From Candidatus Harpocratesius repetitus (lineage in GTDB: Archaea > Asgardarchaeota > Lokiarchaeia > Sigyniarchaeales > Promethearchaeaceae): 32,000 nt of DNA. Of the stretch, positions 9,294 through 18,476 are shown piece by piece. The stretch lies in NCBI GenBank assembly GCA_021498095.1, contig JAIZWK010000001.1, positions 3,810,001-3,842,000 on the forward strand, given 5' to 3'. The notes under the pieces were generated by a model. It saw nothing but the letters and a program-made list of their open reading frames with translations, did not search any database and was not told where the DNA came from. Numbering within the stretch: position 1 is the first letter of the stretch; every line of letters begins with the position of its first letter. The translations under genes were made by a program, and so were the position numbers.

Positions 9294-9930
9294 GAATTTT
9301 TCGCTTTTTTTTATTAATAATAACAAATATTACAACGTGTGAATAAAGAAATAAGAAAATTAATACTGAGGATTTAAATCCATCAATAAATGGAATGTAA
9401 TATGGTTCTAATAGATGAGAACTATAGAGATGATAAGAATCAGGGCCATTTTCTACAATAACAATTTCAAGATAAATTAACTTGGATTGAGAACCTATAT
9501 ATTTATAATCCAATTGAACATTTGCTACACTTAAATTAAGTTCAGAATTATAAATAAAACGGGGAGTATCATTATACGCAATTGATTGCACATAAATGTC
9601 TGAATCCAATGAATAATTTGCATAAATATAATCATTTGCAGGTCTTTCATCAAAGATGAAAATATAAAATATCCCTTTAAACAAAGCGGTGAGATTGAGA
9701 GACCAAGTATCATTTGGATTTAATGTAGTCAAATAGAATTTAGAAGAGCCTTGCTCCATTCTAAATATTTCTGAGTGAGAATATAAGGAGTCAGATGAGT
9801 TTAGGGATGTTGTAGCAGAAACAACATTAATTTTTACATGAATGGATGAAAATGATAAAAGAGAAAAGAGTAAAATATAGAAATAGATCCTATGTTTTGT
9901 AATAATAGCCATAACCAATAATAATAACAT
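9286..9930 (-). CDS. Hypothetical exported protein with a C-terminal membrane anchor
   Basis: 214 aa. Hydrophobic N-terminal signal-like segment, beta-rich middle, C-terminal TM (VLIFLFLYSHVVIFVII) and basic tail NKKKRKIHE. Confidence 0.7.
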   Translation of the reverse strand: MLLLLVMAIITKHRIYFYILLFSLLSFSSIHVKINVVSATTSLNSSDSLYSHSEIFRMEQGSSKFYLTTLNPNDTWSLNLTALFKGIFYIFIFDERPANDYIYANYSLDSDIYVQSIAYNDTPRFIYNSELNLSVANVQLDYKYIGSQSKLIYLEIVIVENGPDSYHLYSSHLLEPYYIPFIDGFKSSVLIFLFLYSHVVIFVIINKKKRKIHE

Positions 9931-9995
9931 CTTAAGAAAAATAAGTGTTACATTAAAGTATAAATCAAAATTTAAGAATAAAAAGCATTATTTCT

Positions 9996-12900
9996 TTATT
10001 TTCTTTTTGATTTTCGGATAGTTTTTTTTGATTTATTTATAGATCTTTTCACTTTTTCTTTTTCAGCCGATTCATCGCTTTTTCTTTTAGAATCAACTTT
10101 TTTTTTGGAAGATTTTTTCTTTATTTTTTTTTGGATAGCTTTTGTTGATTTTTTAGTTGTTCTTTTTTTAGCGGTTGATTTTTTAGTTGTTCTTTTTTTA
10201 GTTGTTGTTTTTTTAGCGGTTGTTTTTTTAGTTGTTGTTTTTTTAGCGGTTGCTTTTTTTGTTGTTGTTTTTTTGGCAGTTAACTTTTTATTTGTAGTTA
10301 TTATTTCAACTGTTTCCTTTTTTGAAGTTTTCTTTTCTAAAGATTTCTTTAAAATTTTAGTTTGATTGTAATAGCTTTCCTTAATTTTTTCTTGTATTTT
10401 TTGTTCTTGTTCTATTTTCGCAATGATTGCGGCTTTTTCTTCCATCTTTTCTTGTATATTCAATTGAATTTCTTTGAGATAGCGTTCATATTCCAATTTC
10501 TTATTTTCTAATCTTTTTATCTCTTCATTTATGATCAAAAGTTCAGGATGTATTAATTCATCGAATTTTTCTTTTTCATTTGATGGAATAATTTTAATTG
10601 ATTTGGCTTTTTCAAAAAAATCAGAAGAAAGAAGTAATTGAGGTGTAGGATTTAGCTTTAAGAAATCGTTCTGAGATATTTCTTCTATTTTATATACTAA
10701 ATGAGGAAAAACTACAATTTCCATAAAAATCTCAGGAGGGTCTTCAAGAGTTTTTATTGTAAATCTTTTTTGAAAGTCAAGTTTTGGAGGAATTTTTTCA
10801 AGTGTTTTTTTTGGAATTCGAATTATTTCTTTATTGGGTGATTTAGCAGAATAAATTATGATTTTTCCCATATGAATAAGAAAATCTGAAGTATTTCGAA
10901 TAAATGGTTCAATAATATACTCATCTAGTGAAGTTAAAGATCGTTCTAATTTAATCCCATATTCGATATGCGTTGAAGCATAAAAAAACACTGGTTTTAT
11001 ACTTTCCTTTTTGTAACTTAAAGGAGAATGAATGTACTTTTGACCTGCTGATAGATAAGGAATTTTAATTATCAATTCATCTTTATTTTTTCCAGTAATC
11101 GATAAAATAAGAATAAGATTCCAAAGACAATTTGAAGAACTTGGATTTAAAATTTCTATAATCAATTGTTTGGTTGAACCACAATAATAGATATTTAATT
11201 GAATAGGAATTGCAAGTTTTTTATATCTAAAATTTGAAAAACTGGTAATATTCTTCATATTTTGAAAATCTAAGTAATTAGGAGTATTATATCCTAAGAC
11301 ACTATAAATAATCTTTGTATCTTTTTGTTTTTCTAAATTGTACACATCCCAATTAGCAAGATAAAAAGAGTCTGCGACAGAATTTACGTTAATCTCAGGA
11401 GAACTTGATTGAATTGAGAAATTCGAAGATATAATATCATAAAAATTAATGGCAGAAAATGGAACAATTCCTGAATTTTTCAATGACCAATTATAGATAA
11501 TTTCAAATGATGTTGGTTTGTATTGTGTACTGCATTGCATGAACAATATTTTGCGACGATTTCTATTATCTACCTGTGACCTAATTTTTAAATCATTTTC
11601 AATACTTTGGAGATTCTGACTTAAAAATGCAATAATTTCTTGTTGAAACTCTAATTTTTGTTTCATTTTTGCTGAAGACTGAATAAATTCGAGTTGCTCA
11701 TCAGAATATTTAAGAAGATCTGCAATTAATTGATTTGACATTGATAAAGTGAGTTGTGCAACACTATCTTGAATAATAAAGAAATTTTCCTTAAAATTTT
11801 CGATAAATTTTAAAAATGTCTTAAAAGAAGACTCAATCGCCATTGTGTTTTCTGCAGCAACAGTTTTTGTTAAGGATTTTATAGTATGTTGCAATGTTTT
11901 CAAATATTTTTGAGATTTTTGGTAAATCAGCCCTAGATTTTTTTGTTTCTTTTCTAAATCAGATAATTTATTTACTTTTGTGATAATAGAGACAATTTTT
12001 CCAAATTTTTGAAATCGATTAATAAATTCATCTATAAAGGTATTTATCGCATTCTCTGTTGAGTTGCGCAGATCAACTTTAATAAATGGAATAGAACTGT
12101 GAATTTCGTCTAATGTAGAGTATAACAAATTATAAGTCTCTGCGGAGTATTTCTGGCTGATTAAAATTTCATCGCTAATTGCTTTAAAAAATTCATGAAT
12201 ATTTGATTTTTCTAATTCAACAATTTCTTTTTCTTCGAGTAATTCGTTATAGTCTTCTTGTAATTTTGCAAACTGATTTGATTGTAATTGAATTTTTTTT
12301 TTAAAAAAATCTTTCTTTAATTTTAGTTTATTTAGATTTCTATCAAAACCAAATTGATTTAATTCTTCTAATTGGATTTCTTTTATTCCTTTTTGAATTA
12401 AAAACTGATTTTTTACTTCTAATAGTTTTTGATAATCATCTAATAGTTTAAGTGATTCATCATAAATTTCTTCTAATTCTAAATATTTACGAATTGAATT
12501 AGTTAGTTTTAGTTTTTGCAAAATTGAATTAAAAGTATCAAAAATCTGATATATATCTGCAACAAAATCATCAAATTCTTTAGAAGAAACGTCAATAGCA
12601 TCAACTGCGGCTTTATGGATTACTTCAGCCATTGAATAAATAGAATCATTTATATTTGTAGAAAACAATGTTAGAGTTTCAGTAATGCTAAAAATGGTTT
12701 GTTTAAGCAGATTTTCATCCTTAATTTTTTTACATTGATTTAAAGGAGCAATAATATCCTTTAAATCGCGCAAATAATCATTAAAATCATGAAGATTTTC
12801 AGATATTGCAGTTTGGGAATGTTCTAGCATGCGGTTTTTTAAATCAGATACAGATTCATCAATTGAATCAACCAGCCAAGTAAGCATTTCTACATGCTGA

Positions 12901-13121
12901 GATATTTGAATTTTAGATTTACTTTCAATTTCAACAAGTTCATTTATTTTCTGTTTCGCATCTTGAATTTCGCTTTCTTTCTCTTCTAAAAACTTTACAA
13001 AACGATCTTCTTTTTTCTCGATATTTTTCGCCTTTAAAGAAAGTTCTCGTATTTGTTTTGCTAATTTTTCACGAGAAGCATGAAGAATTTCATCAGTTTT
13101 TGAAAGAAGCTCGCTGGGCAC
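9996..13121 (-). CDS. Large hypothetical protein: coiled coil, beta-rich domains, coiled coil, then a Lys-rich H1-like tail
   Basis: 1041-aa ORF with GTG start. Helical residues ~1-520, beta-strand patterned ~525-830, coiled coil ~860-930, highly basic C-terminal ~110 aa. Confidence 0.85.
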   Translation of the reverse strand: MPSELLSKTDEILHASREKLAKQIRELSLKAKNIEKKEDRFVKFLEEKESEIQDAKQKINELVEIESKSKIQISQHVEMLTWLVDSIDESVSDLKNRMLEHSQTAISENLHDFNDYLRDLKDIIAPLNQCKKIKDENLLKQTIFSITETLTLFSTNINDSIYSMAEVIHKAAVDAIDVSSKEFDDFVADIYQIFDTFNSILQKLKLTNSIRKYLELEEIYDESLKLLDDYQKLLEVKNQFLIQKGIKEIQLEELNQFGFDRNLNKLKLKKDFFKKKIQLQSNQFAKLQEDYNELLEEKEIVELEKSNIHEFFKAISDEILISQKYSAETYNLLYSTLDEIHSSIPFIKVDLRNSTENAINTFIDEFINRFQKFGKIVSIITKVNKLSDLEKKQKNLGLIYQKSQKYLKTLQHTIKSLTKTVAAENTMAIESSFKTFLKFIENFKENFFIIQDSVAQLTLSMSNQLIADLLKYSDEQLEFIQSSAKMKQKLEFQQEIIAFLSQNLQSIENDLKIRSQVDNRNRRKILFMQCSTQYKPTSFEIIYNWSLKNSGIVPFSAINFYDIISSNFSIQSSSPEINVNSVADSFYLANWDVYNLEKQKDTKIIYSVLGYNTPNYLDFQNMKNITSFSNFRYKKLAIPIQLNIYYCGSTKQLIIEILNPSSSNCLWNLILILSITGKNKDELIIKIPYLSAGQKYIHSPLSYKKESIKPVFFYASTHIEYGIKLERSLTSLDEYIIEPFIRNTSDFLIHMGKIIIYSAKSPNKEIIRIPKKTLEKIPPKLDFQKRFTIKTLEDPPEIFMEIVVFPHLVYKIEEISQNDFLKLNPTPQLLLSSDFFEKAKSIKIIPSNEKEKFDELIHPELLIINEEIKRLENKKLEYERYLKEIQLNIQEKMEEKAAIIAKIEQEQKIQEKIKESYYNQTKILKKSLEKKTSKKETVEIITTNKKLTAKKTTTKKATAKKTTTKKTTAKKTTTKKRTTKKSTAKKRTTKKSTKAIQKKIKKKSSKKKVDSKRKSDESAEKEKVKRSINKSKKTIRKSKRK
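10140..10289 (-). repeat. Coding tandem repeat, 10 x 15 bp, encoding KKxT(A/T/K) pentapeptides
   Basis: Translates as KKLTA KKTTT KKATA KKTTT KKTTA KKTTT KKRTT KKSTA KKRTT KKSTK; exactly 150 bp. Confidence 0.9.
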
Positions 13122-13231
13122 GAATAGAACCTACTTATTATTTTTATATAAGTAATTGTATTCATCTTTTTAATAATCTTTGCAAAATTGAATAATAAAT
13201 GAAAAATTCATAAAAAAAATATAAGTCATCT

Positions 13232-14644
13232 TTACCATTCTCTGGAGTGTATAAAATAAAAGGCTTTCAAATCGCGTCTAATTTCTTCTGCACCTGATTC
13301 CAGTACATTAGTTATATATTGAACAGGAGTAGATATGTTTAGCCGTCGATAATGATATCGAATTATCTGATTTAATATTAGATTAAAAGCCTTTTCAGCG
13401 TTTAATAATAAAAGTCTAGCAACCATAGGAGCACTATTCATATTTTGTATTTGAATTCTTTCAAGGTTTTCAGGTAACAAATCATTTTGTAATCTTTCAT
13501 TAATTCGCTTAATTTTTAAAAGTCGTTTCTCTTCTGAAAGAGATTTATCATTTTGAATTTTTTTCAGTTTTGATTTTGCTTTTTCTTTTATCATTAATTC
13601 AGTTGTAGATTTTAGGCTTTCCATTATCATTTTAAGTTCATAATGGCGGAATTTATACTGTAAACGAACAACAAAATCAGTTCGACTCCCTGTTCGGGCT
13701 TGACTTGCCATGAAACGACTTTTATCAAAGGGAAGTATTTTTGTATACCAAGTTTCAAATATTACTTCATGATTATCCATAATATATTTCGCAATATTTG
13801 GAATTAGGTTAGATTTTTCTCGAATGTTTATTTCTTCCATCATTCGATCAGCAAATCGTTGCATTGCTTCAGATGCAATTTCTTTTACATAAATTTCAAT
13901 AGCTTGCTTTAAAGCATCATTTACTGTTTGAAATTGACAAATCTGTCCAATTTTTTCAACAAAATATTGAAATTGATGTTTTTGATCTGTATAAAATAAT
14001 ATACGTTTTCGATAAGTTTTGACTGTTTTTAGTAAAAAGTTTTGATTGAATGGAAAAGGTCGCATATATTTTATGCAATAACCTTTGTTTGTTTTAGTAA
14101 AATATGGAATATGACATGATGATCTAAGATCTTTAAAAAATTTGGGGATATTTTCGATTTTTTTATCTATAAAAGGTTCTAGTTGCTCTAAATAATAAGT
14201 AATTTTATTTTTTGATATTTTTTGTGAAGATTCCCAAATTGGGCGTAATTTATCAATCAATTCATATGTTATAGCATCGTCATTAATGTTTAAACCGTAT
14301 TTCTTTTCTAACTCTTTCATTCCAGTTTTTATTGCATTTTTCTGCATTTCTTTTAAATTGGAAATTATTTCACCATCTTCAAGTTCAAAGATAGTTTGTG
14401 GAAGCAAAATTTCATTTAATCGTATCAATTCTTTTAATTTCTTTTTTCTAATGGGTGTAAGATCACCCTTTTCTTTTAGAATTCTCTGATAAAAGTTAAA
14501 TTTCTGAATCATATCTTGATAAATTTGCTCTTTATTATAACATCTAACACAATAATTCTTGGAAATATGGACAGATTGATCAATATTTTGTTTTAATTTG
14601 CAACTTGTACAAATAAAAAAGGATTTTTGTTGTGATTTGTTCAT
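13232..14644 (-). CDS. Hypothetical protein with an N-terminal C4 zinc-finger-like motif
   Basis: 470 aa. CTSC...CVRC near the N-terminus; the remainder is basic and helical with no recognised family. Confidence 0.75.
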   Translation of the reverse strand: MNKSQQKSFFICTSCKLKQNIDQSVHISKNYCVRCYNKEQIYQDMIQKFNFYQRILKEKGDLTPIRKKKLKELIRLNEILLPQTIFELEDGEIISNLKEMQKNAIKTGMKELEKKYGLNINDDAITYELIDKLRPIWESSQKISKNKITYYLEQLEPFIDKKIENIPKFFKDLRSSCHIPYFTKTNKGYCIKYMRPFPFNQNFLLKTVKTYRKRILFYTDQKHQFQYFVEKIGQICQFQTVNDALKQAIEIYVKEIASEAMQRFADRMMEEINIREKSNLIPNIAKYIMDNHEVIFETWYTKILPFDKSRFMASQARTGSRTDFVVRLQYKFRHYELKMIMESLKSTTELMIKEKAKSKLKKIQNDKSLSEEKRLLKIKRINERLQNDLLPENLERIQIQNMNSAPMVARLLLLNAEKAFNLILNQIIRYHYRRLNISTPVQYITNVLESGAEEIRRDLKAFYFIHSREW

Positions 14645-14834
14645 ATACCCACCAAAATAACCAACCTTTATTTTAACAATAATAGGTCAATGTAATATGA
14701 TCCTAAACATTTTTGTTAATTATATGTTAAGGAGATCAAAAGAATATGTGCATCTTATTAATCATCAATAAATTATTACTCTATTCTTGAAAAAAAATGG
14801 ATTAATTTTTGAAAAATTTTAATAAAAGATTACA

Positions 14835-15914
14835 TTAGCGAATATCTTTCAAATTTTTTAATGTACGAATAAGTTCTTTAGCGGACTCATTAAAGCTTTC
14901 TTCAACGGCATCTAAAAGCAATTGATCATAGTTTTCAAGTAATGTCTGAATTAACATAAAATTATCTTCTAAATTTTCTGGAATTCTTTCTACGAGTAAA
15001 TTCTTTGCTTTACGCATTTTTATTGCGAAATTTGTTAACAATTGATCGTTTATTTGATTAATTTGATCTTCCTGTGTAAAAGCGGGTCCAGGCTGTCTGA
15101 TATTTACTCTATCAGCCACTATTGCTTTTATTTCTCTATATCGATCGAGAAACTCAGATTTTGAATATGGATCCCCAATCAAAGTAAACTGATGATCTTC
15201 TGCTCTCTGAATATGCATGCATGGAAATTGGGTTAATATTACTCCCATATGATCACCTTTATCATTAACGGTAATACCATAAATATATTTTAACCGAAAT
15301 GAATTAGATTCAGCATAATTGAACGTATCATGAAGTAAAGTTAAATGATTAACTTCATCAGTTTCAGAACTATAGACTTTATAATGTCCATGACTATGTG
15401 CCCAACCGAGTACTACTTTCTCCATTTGTTCAATATACTTTTTTACTTCTAAGATTCCTGCTTCAGGAACTACTACATTTACTTCACTAGCATTATGATA
15501 TGGAATATAAATTCCAGTAATTGTTTGAGGTTTTCTTGGAGTTTTTGGTAATTTATCTCCCAATACATAGCAATAAACTTCAAGTTTTGCAGAATCTGGC
15601 CCCCACCTATCTTTACTAATCTCATTTACTGCGGTAGCAAGCATGATAATTTCGTCAAATGCTTTTGCAGTAATAAAAATATTCTCAAATTTAGGGGGAG
15701 AATCAATATAATTAACCACATTTTTTGATGATATTTGAATAATTGATGAATTATTCTTTAGTTTTCTTGCATCTTCAAGTTGATCATAATTTTCAGATAT
15801 ATTGTGTAAAACACCTTGATTATTTTCTTTTAATCTTGGTGAATTTTTTGTTTTTTTAGAGTGTAATAATTCTTCAAGCGATTCTGAAATTTCAATCGAA
15901 TTTTTTTTTGACAT
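14835..15914 (-). CDS. JAB1/MPN/Mov34 (JAMM, MPN+) metalloprotease
   Basis: LEVYCYVLG supplies the catalytic Glu. LGWAHSHGHYKVYSSETD fits HxH-x7-S-x2-D exactly. Flanked by a low-complexity N-terminal extension and a helical C-terminus. Confidence 0.88.
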   Translation of the reverse strand: MSKKNSIEISESLEELLHSKKTKNSPRLKENNQGVLHNISENYDQLEDARKLKNNSSIIQISSKNVVNYIDSPPKFENIFITAKAFDEIIMLATAVNEISKDRWGPDSAKLEVYCYVLGDKLPKTPRKPQTITGIYIPYHNASEVNVVVPEAGILEVKKYIEQMEKVVLGWAHSHGHYKVYSSETDEVNHLTLLHDTFNYAESNSFRLKYIYGITVNDKGDHMGVILTQFPCMHIQRAEDHQFTLIGDPYSKSEFLDRYREIKAIVADRVNIRQPGPAFTQEDQINQINDQLLTNFAIKMRKAKNLLVERIPENLEDNFMLIQTLLENYDQLLLDAVEESFNESAKELIRTLKNLKDIR

Positions 15915-16046
15915 TCTTTTCCCTTAAATATAATGATGTTGCTTTATTTTTAATTTTTCGACATTTTTTTGATATTAAGGATAGCTTTTTTTAGCTCTTC
16001 TGCATATTTTAGAAATATTATTGATTTAGTTCACAAGGCTTATATC

Positions 16047-17009
16047 ATGTCTTCCGTTCTTGAAATTATAAAAAATTTGGATTCTTCTGATGTAACTGAA
16101 AAAAAAAGAGCAATTTTTACTGCTGGTGAAAAAAAAATCGTCGAGGCTATTCCAACAATAATAAAACTCTTAAAATCGGATCCAGATCCAGTTGTGCGGA
16201 ATTCCGCTGCACGTGCATTAGGGAAAATAAACAACGAAGAATATCATGATCAAGTATTTGAAGCTTTACTTGAAGCTTTAGATGATACTGATTATTATGT
16301 TAAAGCAAATGCTTGTTGGAGTTTAGGAAAATTGAAAGATCCTCGTTCAATTCCTAAATTAATAGAAATGGTCAATCCGAACCAAAGATTTTATTCAACT
16401 GTTGGAGATGGAAACACAAAGAATACAATTGCAGAAAGTGAAGCTTCTGAAAAATTACGTGAAGAAGGAGTTAAATTTTCAGATGTTATTGTTGGAGCGA
16501 TTAAAGCTTTGGGAGAAATTAGAAATTTAAATGGTCTACCTGCTTTATTACGTGCTCTCGAAGATGATGAAGATGGAAATGTAAGGTGTGCTGCATGTCT
16601 TGCTATAGGTAAAATCGAAGCAAATGATGCAGTTCCAGCTTTGATTAACTTACTACAACGGGAAAAATATTGGTATGTTCGTCGGGATGCAATTAAAGCT
16701 TTAATAAAAATAAATGATCCAAGAGCTGCAGATGAATTACTAAAAAAAACCTCTGACATGTATGATGAAGTTAGGAAGTACGCAACGAAAGCATTGCTAA
16801 AACTAGGTAAAAAAGCTTCAACTCAAGTTTTTAAGATGTATCTTCAAAATCCAGAAGATAATGAAATTAAAAATTTTATAAAAACTAACTTTACTCAAGG
16901 AGATTTACAAGAAATTATTGAAAATTTAGAAGCACAAGAATCAGACCCTATAATTAAGGAGAAATACCACCAATTTCTTAATGCATTTTTCCCAAATTCC
17001 AATCCATAA
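16047..17009 (+). CDS. HEAT-repeat (PBS lyase HEAT-like) protein
   Basis: Repeats of the type DPVVRNSAARALG, DYYVKANACWSLG, DGNVRCAACLAIG, YWYVRRDAIKALI, YDEVRKYATKALL. ATG at 16047 preferred over the TTG at 15969. Confidence 0.9.
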   Translation: MSSVLEIIKNLDSSDVTEKKRAIFTAGEKKIVEAIPTIIKLLKSDPDPVVRNSAARALGKINNEEYHDQVFEALLEALDDTDYYVKANACWSLGKLKDPRSIPKLIEMVNPNQRFYSTVGDGNTKNTIAESEASEKLREEGVKFSDVIVGAIKALGEIRNLNGLPALLRALEDDEDGNVRCAACLAIGKIEANDAVPALINLLQREKYWYVRRDAIKALIKINDPRAADELLKKTSDMYDEVRKYATKALLKLGKKASTQVFKMYLQNPEDNEIKNFIKTNFTQGDLQEIIENLEAQESDPIIKEKYHQFLNAFFPNSNP

Positions 17010-17079
17010 CTAATTTTTCTTATTTTTAATAAATTTGGAATTCTTCCATTTTTTTTTTAGAATATTTTCTTTAGGCTTC

Positions 17080-17185
17080 CTTTAAACGATATCCCTACAA
17101 TGTTATAATCACAAGGAAATCTTCGAGAATCTCTCAAATGGATCTTTAAACGATTTTCACTAATTAAAAAATCTCGAAGAATTTC
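17080..17185 (+). promoter_or_regulatory. Candidate tfb promoter/operator region
   Basis: Direct repeat CTTTAAACGAT at 17080-17090 and 17144-17154, each with a TTTAAA TATA-like core. Inverted repeat TCTTCGAGA (17120-17128)/TCTCGAAGA (17172-17180) flanks the second copy. Confidence 0.35.
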
Positions 17186-17245
17186 AAAATAAAAAAAAGA
17201 TACAAAATAAATAAAATAAAATTATCATTAAGGGGATCTTTTCCA

Positions 17246-18268
17246 ATGCAAGTTTTTCAACAAAATCATATTCAAGAACAAATTCAAAAATCCATTCAAA
17301 AAACCATTCAAAATAATTATTCACAACATTCTCGCAATCATTCACGAGTAGTTCCACGATTTAATAATTTGAAGCAGGAACCATCTCAAAATGAAAAATG
17401 TTGTGATAATCCTCAAATCACAACAGCTCAAGGTTTTTCTGTTTGTCAAAATTGTGGTATGGTCTTTGATAGAGTTTATGAAAACGCCCCACGAAGGGCA
17501 TTCACACAAGAAGAATTAAAAAATAGAAAAATTACGGAACCAGTTTATTCCATAATCGGTCCTCGAACAGTAATTAGGGGAAAAATAGATTCTAAGGGTG
17601 CATTGCTAGAAGCAAAATATCAAGTGAAATATTCCCGACTTGGAAAGATACATCGTTCACTAACTTCAAGTTATGAAAGAAATCTTTGGATAGCACTACC
17701 TAATTTTCAAAGACTTCAAGAAAAATTAGGTTTGCCTGAAATGGTAATTCAAGATGCAATTAAAATATACCAAAATGCAGTTAAAGAAAAACTAACAATG
17801 GGTCGCTCAATTGATATTTTATTAGCCGCTTCAATTTTTGTTTCACTTAAAATTCATGGAATCCCCCGTGTAGTTGAAGAGATTATCAAGGTCGTCGATG
17901 TTAATAAGAAAAATGTTGTAAAATGTTATCGCCTTCTAATAATAAAGATCTTACCTAAGATGAATATAAGAGTATCTAATTTAGATCCTGTTCGTTATAT
18001 AGAAAAATTCGGTGAAGATCTAGAATTACCTATGCGAATTCGTCAAGACGCGATGCGATTAGTTAGAAGAGCTAAAAAGAATGGACTTCTAATTGAAGGA
18101 AAAGATCCAAAAGGAATTGCAGCCGCAGCAATATATATCTCATCACATCTACATAAAAATCCAAGAACTCAGACAGATATAGCAAAACTCTCCCATATTA
18201 CAGAAGTTACTTTAAGAGTAAGATGCCGAGACTTGCAGAAATACTGCAAAGTGCCAAAATTCCGTTAA
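17246..18268 (+). CDS. tfb: Transcription initiation factor IIB (TFB) paralog
   Basis: Zn ribbon CCDN...CQNCG, two cyclin folds (LTMGRSIDILLAASIF; GKDPKGIAAAAIY) and C-terminal HTH RTQTDIAKLSHITEVTLRVR. Confidence 0.95.
   Translation: MQVFQQNHIQEQIQKSIQKTIQNNYSQHSRNHSRVVPRFNNLKQEPSQNEKCCDNPQITTAQGFSVCQNCGMVFDRVYENAPRRAFTQEELKNRKITEPVYSIIGPRTVIRGKIDSKGALLEAKYQVKYSRLGKIHRSLTSSYERNLWIALPNFQRLQEKLGLPEMVIQDAIKIYQNAVKEKLTMGRSIDILLAASIFVSLKIHGIPRVVEEIIKVVDVNKKNVVKCYRLLIIKILPKMNIRVSNLDPVRYIEKFGEDLELPMRIRQDAMRLVRRAKKNGLLIEGKDPKGIAAAAIYISSHLHKNPRTQTDIAKLSHITEVTLRVRCRDLQKYCKVPKFR
17270..17317 (+). repeat. Coding tandem repeat, 4 x 12 bp (ATTCAA...), encoding IQEQ IQKS IQKT IQNN
   Basis: ATTCAA recurs at 17270, 17282, 17294 and 17306. 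Confidence 0.75.
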
Positions 18269-18370
18269 TAATAACAAAAAAATGTATTTATAAGAACGAT
18301 TACAATATTTCATATAATTATTATGATCATCATATTCAAAAAAAAGTAAATTCAGAAAAAAACCAATCCT

Positions 18371-18476
18371 TAATTGGTGGCATACAACCAGCTTTTAAAA
18401 AATAAAACACCAAACAAAAAACCCCACGGAATAAAGCAAAGAAATCCCCCAATTCTTTGCTTATTCCACCTAATTA
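18371..18476. other. Long intergenic hairpin with an outer stem (terminator-like or ncRNA)
   Basis: GGAATAAAGCAAAGAA (18428-18443)/TTCTTTGCTTATTCC (18453-18467) forms 15 bp with one bulge around a 9-nt loop. TAATTGGTGG (18371-18380)/CCACCTAATTA (18466-18476) forms an outer stem. A U-rich run follows the hairpin on the minus strand. Confidence 0.5.

Noticed and set aside
10105-10365. 86-aa plus-strand ORF of VVFL/AVDF repeats that looks like a membrane protein
   Set aside because: It is the antisense shadow of the Lys/Thr repeat in 9996-13121; AAA/ACA codons read as Phe/Val on the other strand.
4801-13121. SMC/Rad50 annotation for the two long coiled-coil proteins
   Set aside because: Neither has Walker A/B, signature or hinge motifs.
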